The notes under the pieces: generated by a model
What the model was told of the DNA's origin: nothing
What the model saw: only the letters and a program-made list of their open reading frames with translations
Databases searched by the model: none
Shown: piece by piece, positions 34,735 to 41,093 of the stretch
Position numbering within the stretch: position 1 is the stretch's first letter
Layout: each line of letters begins with the position of its first letter
Position numbers and translations under genes: made by a program
Source of the DNA: Candidatus Proteinoplasmatales archaeon SG8-5
GTDB lineage: Archaea > Thermoplasmatota > Thermoplasmata > SG8-5
Length of the DNA stretch: 41,093 bases
Reading direction: 5' to 3'
NCBI GenBank assembly: GCA_001595885.1
Contig: LSSH01000085.1
Span: 1-41,093 of the forward strand

Positions 34735-34893
34735 TCACTCCATTTCGAATTGGTCCTTCGAAGCCCCGCAAAGGGGACATGTCCAGTCATCCGGCAGGTC
34801 GCTGAATTCAATACCCGGTTCAATGTCGTTGTCCGGGTCCCCCTTTTTCGGGTCATACAAATATCCGCAGACCGTGCACCTGTACTTGTCCAT
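34735..34893 (-). CDS. Rubredoxin
   Basis: Manual translation: [52 protein letters not shown]. Confidence 0.96.
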   Translation of the reverse strand: MDKYRCTVCGYLYDPKKGDPDNDIEPGIEFSDLPDDWTCPLCGASKDQFEME

Positions 34894-34894
34894 A

Positions 34895-35323
34895 TCAACT
34901 ACCTCCTTCCTTAGCTAAGCAATCCTTGCAAACACCCTTGAAATAACCGTGCACCTCATCGATCCTGTGTCCCCCCTGCAGCACTTCTTTGAGATACGGG
35001 CATTCTACCTCGATATCAATGATCTCCCCGCATTTCTTACAAAGGAAATGCTGATGAGGATTAATAATACTATCGAATCTCAGCTCGGACTCCGAAATTG
35101 TCAGGGCGTGAATCAAATTATGTGACCTCAACGTGTCCAAGGTGTTGTAGACCGTCGTCCTGGACAATGACGGATTCTTCTTTTTCAGGTCCCTGTAGAT
35201 CATGTCCGCGTTCGGATGGTTCCTGTTCTTGTCCAGATATCTCAATATTTCCAACCTTTGCGGGGTTACCTTGATGCCGTTCTTCCTAAGAAAAAGGGCA
35301 TAATCGTCCAAAGCCACCGTCAT
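34895..35323 (-). CDS. Fur-family regulator, probably PerR
   Basis: [23 protein letters not shown]...[16 protein letters not shown]; heads a peroxide-defence cluster. Confidence 0.9.
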   Translation of the reverse strand: MTVALDDYALFLRKNGIKVTPQRLEILRYLDKNRNHPNADMIYRDLKKKNPSLSRTTVYNTLDTLRSHNLIHALTISESELRFDSIINPHQHFLCKKCGEIIDIEVECPYLKEVLQGGHRIDEVHGYFKGVCKDCLAKEGGS

Positions 35324-35339
35324 TGTATCATTTCCTAAT

Positions 35340-35383
35340 TTGTAATTGTTTCAATTTAAGACAGAAACCTCCCTCATATTTAA
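35340..35383 (-). promoter_or_regulatory. TATA box plus putative PerR/Fur 7-1-7 operator
   Basis: Minus strand TTAAATA (35383-35377), then TTGAAAC-A-ATTACAA (35354-35340) at the expected transcription start. Confidence 0.5.
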
Positions 35384-35538
35384 CTGATTTCCCTTAAACG
35401 TTAATCCGGTTTCAAATTCTCCTTTTTTTATATATGAGAAAACTATTTATACAAATATCTATTTTCAGTTAATAATCTATCTATCATCATAAAAATTGAC
35501 GGATAGATATCTGGATGAGAGAAAACGGAGGAAATTGA

Positions 35539-36123
35539 ATGACTGAAAATGAGAAAGTAAGCTTGGCAAATCCTGCCGCGCTGGGTCTCTTTGGTTTGAG
35601 CGTTATCGCATTGATGTTGGCGGCCGAGATGTTCGAATGGGCCGAACCTGATTCTTCGCTGATGATGCTGCAGCCGTGGGTCTTCTTCATCGGAGGACTG
35701 GCCCTGATCATTGCAGCCCTGTTCGAGTTCAAATTGGGAGACGTCTTTGCGGGCACGTTCTTCGGTGCCTTCGGCCTCTTCTGGTTCGCGATCGGCCAGC
35801 CGTGGTGGGAAGTTACAATCGGATGGGAACAACTCGGATTCATCATATTTGGATACTTCATATTCTTCGCAATCATGACCTTCGCGGCAGCTACGAAGGA
35901 CCTGGTCAAAGTTCTGGTGCTTTTCTTCTCGATGCTGACGTTCGCCGGACTCGCCGTTTCAATCTTCTTAGACGCCGCACCCGAATTGACAGGCCTGGCA
36001 GCCATCCTATTGGCAGCAACTGGTTTCTACGCATCCGCAGCCGTTCTACTGAGGGCGATGGCCGGATTCGACGTGCTCCCGGTTGGCAAGCCTCTGCTGA
36101 CATTCAAGAAAATCGAGCTGTAG
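35539..36123 (+). CDS. SatP/YaaH/GPR1-FUN34 acetate uptake channel
   Basis: ANPAALGLFG signature, FGAFGLFW, six TM helices, LPVG ending. Confidence 0.9.
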   Translation: MTENEKVSLANPAALGLFGLSVIALMLAAEMFEWAEPDSSLMMLQPWVFFIGGLALIIAALFEFKLGDVFAGTFFGAFGLFWFAIGQPWWEVTIGWEQLGFIIFGYFIFFAIMTFAAATKDLVKVLVLFFSMLTFAGLAVSIFLDAAPELTGLAAILLAATGFYASAAVLLRAMAGFDVLPVGKPLLTFKKIEL

Positions 36124-36133
36124 AGATACAGCC

Positions 36134-36149
36134 TTTTTTTCTTTTATTT
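36134..36149 (+). terminator. Oligo-T archaeal terminator
   Basis: TTTTTTTCTTTTATTT immediately after the satP-like stop. Confidence 0.45.
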
Positions 36150-36175
36150 CCCTTATCGATTAGCGAGGCCAAGCG

Positions 36176-37486
36176 ATGTCCAAGCAGATAGTCATCCATG
36201 ACACGGTCCACGGCACGATTGTTCTGGACCCCTGCGCCGGGAAGTTGCTGAACACCCCTGAGGTCCAGCGACTCGCTGGCATCAAGCAGCTGGGGCTCTC
36301 TTTCCTCGTATTTCCCGGGGCCAATCATACGCGGCTGGAGCACTCTGTTGGCACATATCATGTGGCCCGAAGGCTGTCCAATGTGCTTGGTCTGGAAAAG
36401 GCCGAGGCTGACATCGTTAGTTATGCAGCACTCCTGCACGACATCGGTCATGGCCCTTACTCGCATACACTGGAGGTTGTATTGCACGACATGCTCGGCA
36501 TCGACCACATGGAATTGACAAAGGACGTGATCCTTGGTAAGAACAGGATGGTGCCGGACGAGTTCCTTGAGATCCCCGATTCCGATGTCATGATATCTGA
36601 CATCCTGAAGGAACATTCTATAGACGAGAAGCTGGTGGGAGAGCTCGTACACGGTAATTCGGTGCCCTCGGATGAACAGGCGGTCCTCACCCACAACGGC
36701 CAGCAGTTCTTCAACGAGAAGGTGTATCTGGGCCAGCTCATACACGGTCCCATCGATTGCGACCAGATCGATTACCTGTTGAGGGATTCGCATTACACTG
36801 GTGTCGCGCACGGGACGGTAGACCTTGCACGATTGCTACACACGCTGACCATCCACAATCACGACCTGGTTGTCAAGGAAAAGGGCCTCAGCGCCGTGGA
36901 GGGGATGCTGGTCGCCCGCAGTCTCATGTATTCGTCCGTGTACTTTCACAAGACCGCGCGGATGGCCGAGCTCCTGCTCTCCAAGGCTGTGAAGATGGCC
37001 CTCGACAGGGCCAAGACTATGGACGTGCAGATGATGAACGACGCGGAGCTTGTCGGATGGCTGGATAGCCTCGGAGGCTTCCAGCGCGAGGTGGTCCTTC
37101 GATTGAAGTTCAGGAAGCTCTACAAGGTGGCCTTCGGAAGGAGGGTCGGAGACCTCAGTGAGGAGGAGCAGGCCCGGCTTATAGATATTACCGAGAATAA
37201 CTCCTGGGTATCAATTGAGAACTCGATTTGTCAACGGCTGGGCCTTAAAGACGGGAGCGTGTTGATCGACATCCCCGAGCCGGACCTGCTGCTGGCCGAA
37301 CCGAGGATATCCAGGACAGATATCAAGGTGCTTTCCGACGGCAAGGTCAAGAGCCTGACAAAGATGACGCCGTTCTCAAAGGCCATCCAGCAGAAGAAGA
37401 TATCCAGATGGGCATTGATGGTGTCGTGCGATAAGACGAACAGGGAGGCGGTAGGCAAGGCCGCCGAGAAGCTCATTTTCAGTTGA
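36176..37486 (+). CDS. HD-domain phosphohydrolase (SAMHD1/dNTPase-like)
   Basis: IHDTVHG, QRLAGIKQLG, HTRLEHSVG, LLHDIGHGPYSH, DCDQIDYLLRD, MYSSVYFH. Confidence 0.92.
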   Translation: MSKQIVIHDTVHGTIVLDPCAGKLLNTPEVQRLAGIKQLGLSFLVFPGANHTRLEHSVGTYHVARRLSNVLGLEKAEADIVSYAALLHDIGHGPYSHTLEVVLHDMLGIDHMELTKDVILGKNRMVPDEFLEIPDSDVMISDILKEHSIDEKLVGELVHGNSVPSDEQAVLTHNGQQFFNEKVYLGQLIHGPIDCDQIDYLLRDSHYTGVAHGTVDLARLLHTLTIHNHDLVVKEKGLSAVEGMLVARSLMYSSVYFHKTARMAELLLSKAVKMALDRAKTMDVQMMNDAELVGWLDSLGGFQREVVLRLKFRKLYKVAFGRRVGDLSEEEQARLIDITENNSWVSIENSICQRLGLKDGSVLIDIPEPDLLLAEPRISRTDIKVLSDGKVKSLTKMTPFSKAIQQKKISRWALMVSCDKTNREAVGKAAEKLIFS

Positions 37487-37570
37487 GTCTCTACCGTTAT
37501 TATTCAACCGGAAGTCCGCAATATTAATTAGGCCACGAACAATGCGGAGCGGTAAGAATCCGGTGATGAA

Positions 37571-39208
37571 ATGACAGGTGAGCAGGACTTCGACTACGAC
37601 GAGGTGTACGGGAACTGGAAATGGGAGATACCCGTATACTTCAACATGGGCGCCGACTGCGTTGACAAGCACGTCAAGGAGGGGCGGGGGGATAGGACCG
37701 CCCTAATCTGGGAGAACGATAAGGGGGAGACGGCGACGTTCACGTATGCCGAGATGAAGGCCTTGACGAACAAGTTCGGCAACGTCCTGAAAGGCCTGGG
37801 TCTGGGCAAGGGCGACCGCTACCTCATTCGCCTCCCGAACCTGCCGCAGTTCCAGATTGCTTTCCTGGGTGGTTTGAAGATCGGTGCCGTTCCGATCCCC
37901 TCTTCCTGCATGTTCAAGCCCCACGAGGTGGAGTACAGGCTCGTAGACTCAGATGCGAAGATGGCCATCTCTGTCCCAGGATATGTAGGCGCGATCGACG
38001 AGGTCATGGGCAACTGTCCCGGTCTGAAGGACGTCGTTGTGGTCGGAGAGGCTGGTGAGGCGCATTTGTCACTCGATGACCTAATGGCAAATGCCTCGGA
38101 AGAGCTCGAGGTTGAAAGGACGAGGGCGGACGACATCGCTTTCTTCTGTTACACATCCGGGACCACCGGTTCCCCCAAGGGAGCTGTTCACCTTCATCAC
38201 TGGACCATTGGGAACGACCCAAGCATGTTATTCTGGAACCACGGCAGGGCGGGCGACATCCTTGCCCATACGGGTGACCTCAACTGGATATTCCCGCTCG
38301 GGAACGGTTTCCTTTATGCGTGGCGAAACGGCATGACCACGTTCATCTACGACGGCAGGTTCGACCCGGTGAAGTGGTTCGAGCTCATCGAGCGGCACAG
38401 GATCACGAACCTCGCCTCGGTTCCCACATGCTACAGGATGTTCCTGCAGGTCGAGGGTTTCGAGAGGAAATGGGATCTCTCGAGCCTGAGGCACTGCATC
38501 TCAGCAGGAGAACCGCTCAATCCCGAGGTCGTGGTCGAATGGAAGAAGCTGTTGGGGCTTGAGATACTGGACGGAATAGGCATGACCGAGTGCATGGTCT
38601 ACCTGTCAAACCTGAAGGGTATGGCGGTCAAGGCCGGCTCCTGCGGGAAGCCGCAACCGGGGCACATATGCACCATTGTTGACGAGAACGGCAACGAGCT
38701 GGGCGTGCGGGAGGAAGGCACGCTCGCCATCAAGCTCGGTGACCCCGGCCTGTTCAGGGAATACTGGAACAAGCCGGACAGGACCGCGGAGGTCTTCAAG
38801 AATGGGTGGTTCCTCACCGGCGACACCCTATACATCGACGAGGACGGCTATTACTGGTTCGCTGGGCGAGGGGACGACCTCATCATGACGGCGGGTTACC
38901 GTGTCTCGCCCTTCGATGTCGAATCCGCCGTCAACACCCACCCGGCGGTCCTGGAATCGGCAGCCGTCGCGTCTCCGGACGCCATCAGGGGCGTTATAGT
39001 GAAGTCGTTTGTCGTCCTTAACCCAGGTCACGAGCCCAGCGACGAACTGGCCAAGGAGATCCAGCAGCACTGCAAGAAGATGATAGCCGCTTACGAGTAC
39101 CCGCGGGAGGTCGAGTTTACCTCGTTCCTGCCGAAAACCCAGAGTGGCAAAACGAAGCGCAAGCTGTTGCGCGAACAGGAGTTGGAGAAGGCGAAAAAAT
39201 CGAGTTAG
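37571..39208 (+). CDS. AMP-forming acyl-CoA synthetase (short/medium chain)
   Basis: YTSGTTGSPKG, SAGEPL, GMTE, TGD, GRGDD, LPKTQSGK. Confidence 0.93.
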   Translation: MTGEQDFDYDEVYGNWKWEIPVYFNMGADCVDKHVKEGRGDRTALIWENDKGETATFTYAEMKALTNKFGNVLKGLGLGKGDRYLIRLPNLPQFQIAFLGGLKIGAVPIPSSCMFKPHEVEYRLVDSDAKMAISVPGYVGAIDEVMGNCPGLKDVVVVGEAGEAHLSLDDLMANASEELEVERTRADDIAFFCYTSGTTGSPKGAVHLHHWTIGNDPSMLFWNHGRAGDILAHTGDLNWIFPLGNGFLYAWRNGMTTFIYDGRFDPVKWFELIERHRITNLASVPTCYRMFLQVEGFERKWDLSSLRHCISAGEPLNPEVVVEWKKLLGLEILDGIGMTECMVYLSNLKGMAVKAGSCGKPQPGHICTIVDENGNELGVREEGTLAIKLGDPGLFREYWNKPDRTAEVFKNGWFLTGDTLYIDEDGYYWFAGRGDDLIMTAGYRVSPFDVESAVNTHPAVLESAAVASPDAIRGVIVKSFVVLNPGHEPSDELAKEIQQHCKKMIAAYEYPREVEFTSFLPKTQSGKTKRKLLREQELEKAKKSS

Positions 39209-39271
39209 CCAGAAAGGATTTATAGTCTGATACCTTCCACTGCTCGGACCTACGCGAGGGAGGCGTCGGTG

Positions 39272-41093
39272 ATGCCGGAGGATGACAAGGAGATCTTCAA
39301 ACCAAGCAAGGAATTTGTGGACGCGGCCTACTTCAAGAGCTTGGATGAGTACCAGAGGATGTACGAGGAGTCAATCAAGGACCCGGACGCCTTTTGGTCA
39401 AAGGTCGCGGAGGACTTCCAGTGGTTCATTAAATCTGAGAACGTACGTTTTTTTGACTTCCACGAGGGCATCATCAGGTTCTTCGAGGGCGGCAAGACCA
39501 ACATGTCCTGGAACTGCCTTGACCGTCATTTGAAGGAGCGGGGCGACCAGATCGCCATCATATGGGAGGGCAACGACCCCAGCGAGGACGCCAAGTACAC
39601 CTACAAGGAATTGCACGCCGAGGTGTGCAAGTTCGCCAACGTGCTCCAATCGCTGGGCATCAAGTACGGCGACAGGGTCTGCATCTATCTTCAGATGATT
39701 CCCGAACTGCCCATTGCCCTTCTTGCGTGTTCCAGGATAGGGGCCGTCCATTCCGTGGTGTTCGGAGCCTTCTCCCCGGATTCCCTCAAGGACAGGATCA
39801 ACGACTCGGAGTGCAAGCTTCTTGTCACGCAGGACACGGCGCTTCGGGGCCGAAAGGACGACATTCCGATGAAGACGAACGCCGACAAGGCCTTGAAGGA
39901 GTGCCCGAGCATCGAAAAGGTCATTGTCGTGAGAAGGACCGGGAACGAGGTTCCGATGCAGGAGGAGCGCGACCTCTGGTGGCACGAGGAGATGAAGGAC
40001 GCTCCCATCTGGTATCCGCCCCTCCTCATCGATGCCGAGGACCCGCTGTTCATTCTATACACTTCAGGCTCAACCGGAAAACCAAAGGGTGTCCTGCACA
40101 CCACCGGCGGATACATGGTGTACGCCGCGACCACCCACAAGTACGTCTTCGACTACCACGACGGGGACATCTTCTGGTGCACCGCGGACATCGGCTGGAT
40201 CACTGGCCATTCCTACATCGTTTACGGGCCGCTGCTGAACGGAGCGACCAGTATCATGTTCGAGGGCGTGCCCAATTACCCGGACGCGAGCAGGTTCTGG
40301 CAGATCGTCGACAAGTACAAGGTGAACCAGTTCTACACCGCCCCCACGGCAATAAGAGCGTTGATGAAAGAGGGCGACGAGCCCGTGAAGAGGACGTCCA
40401 GGGAGAGCCTGAAATTGCTCGGAACGGTTGGCGAACCAATCAACCCCGAGGCCTGGCAGTGGTACTACGAGGTTGTGGGGGATAGCCGATGCCCAATCGT
40501 TGACACGTGGTGGCAGACTGAGACTGGCGGTATCCTCATCACCCCATTGCCCGGGGCCGTTCCCGCGAAGCCGGGTTCGGCCACAGTACCCTTCTTCGGC
40601 GTGGAGCCGGCCCTTGTGGATGACAAGGGGAACGAGCTGGAGGGTGCCACATCGGGGGCCTTGATAATCAAATCCGCCTGGCCCGGCATCATGAGGACCG
40701 TGTACGGTCATCACCAGAGGTTCAAGGAGACGTACTTTGCAATGTACCCGGGCAACTACTTCACCGGTGACGGGGCGAAGAGGGACGAGGACGGCTATTA
40801 CTGGATCACCGGCAGGATCGATGACGTCATCAACGTGTCCGGGCACAGGATGGGCACGGCCGAGGTGGAGAGCGCCTTGGTCTCTCATCCAGCGGTCGCC
40901 GAGGCTGCGGTCGTCGGATACCCGCACGAGATCAAGGGCCAGGGCATCTATGCTTATGTCACTCTGAAGACGGGTAACGAGTACACCGACGAGCTGAAGA
41001 AGGAGCTGAGGGGTCACGTCAGAAATGAGATCGGGCCCATCGCCACCCCGGACGTGATACACTGGGCCCCGGGTCTGCCGAAGACAAGGTCTG
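39272..41093 (+). CDS. acs: Acetyl-CoA synthetase (AMP-forming), 3' end runs off the window
   Basis: Manual translation from ATG 39272: [56 protein letters not shown] at the window edge. Confidence 0.96.
   Translation, partial: MPEDDKEIFKPSKEFVDAAYFKSLDEYQRMYEESIKDPDAFWSKVAEDFQWFIKSENVRFFDFHEGIIRFFEGGKTNMSWNCLDRHLKERGDQIAIIWEGNDPSEDAKYTYKELHAEVCKFANVLQSLGIKYGDRVCIYLQMIPELPIALLACSRIGAVHSVVFGAFSPDSLKDRINDSECKLLVTQDTALRGRKDDIPMKTNADKALKECPSIEKVIVVRRTGNEVPMQEERDLWWHEEMKDAPIWYPPLLIDAEDPLFILYTSGSTGKPKGVLHTTGGYMVYAATTHKYVFDYHDGDIFWCTADIGWITGHSYIVYGPLLNGATSIMFEGVPNYPDASRFWQIVDKYKVNQFYTAPTAIRALMKEGDEPVKRTSRESLKLLGTVGEPINPEAWQWYYEVVGDSRCPIVDTWWQTETGGILITPLPGAVPAKPGSATVPFFGVEPALVDDKGNELEGATSGALIIKSAWPGIMRTVYGHHQRFKETYFAMYPGNYFTGDGAKRDEDGYYWITGRIDDVINVSGHRMGTAEVESALVSHPAVAEAAVVGYPHEIKGQGIYAYVTLKTGNEYTDELKKELRGHVRNEIGPIATPDVIHWAPGLPKTRS

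Noticed and set aside
33555-34898. 447-aa ORF-track call with a long N-terminal extension on FprA
   Set aside because: The extension overlaps a clear rubredoxin gene in another frame; FprA starts at TTG 34730.
39398-41062. Minus-strand ORFs of 195 and 330 aa
   Set aside because: Antisense shadows of acs, which is absent from the track only because it lacks a stop in the window.
1-41093. Mobile elements, prophage, tRNA or rRNA genes
   Set aside because: No transposase, integrase, terminal inverted repeats, virion genes or cloverleaf/rRNA-like segments recognised; intergenic spaces are short and explained by promoters.

Overview
Archaeal chromosomal segment, most consistent with an anaerobic Thermoplasmatota lineage. 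This rests on Orc1/Cdc6, Nob1, translin, a DUF6015-like protein, BRE/TATA promoters with leaderless starts and GGAGGTGA ribosome-binding sites; the taxonomy is an inference. No rRNA, tRNA, CRISPR array or transposase was seen. Left to right: (1) a translin-HDAC-TPR operon, a TlpA-like thioredoxin, Nob1, a DUF6015-like gene divergent from cdc6, a membrane OB-fold gene and a putative toxin-antitoxin pair; (2) an uncharacterised 7-8 gene KaiC-centred operon (PH+wHTH, V4R+HTH, KaiC/RAD55 ATPase, Roadblock protein, a 946-aa Zn-finger/coiled-coil/dual-wHTH scaffold, two paralogous Cys/His V4R-like proteins, GNAT), the best candidate for an undescribed system; (3) a NucS-N/RQC/HRDC fusion gene with a highly structured leader; (4) hyp maturation genes with a four-subunit group 4 [NiFe]-hydrogenase module that has no adjacent membrane arm; (5) a 19-gene Fur/PerR-headed oxidative-stress/iron cluster containing a rhodanese fused to a sulfur-oxygenase-reductase-like domain and an unannotated 50-aa Cys-rich protein; (6) acetate uptake and activation genes. 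Two conserved genes (hypC, desulfoferrodoxin) appear to start at ATC and ATT codons. All family calls come from motif recognition by eye; no database searches were run.
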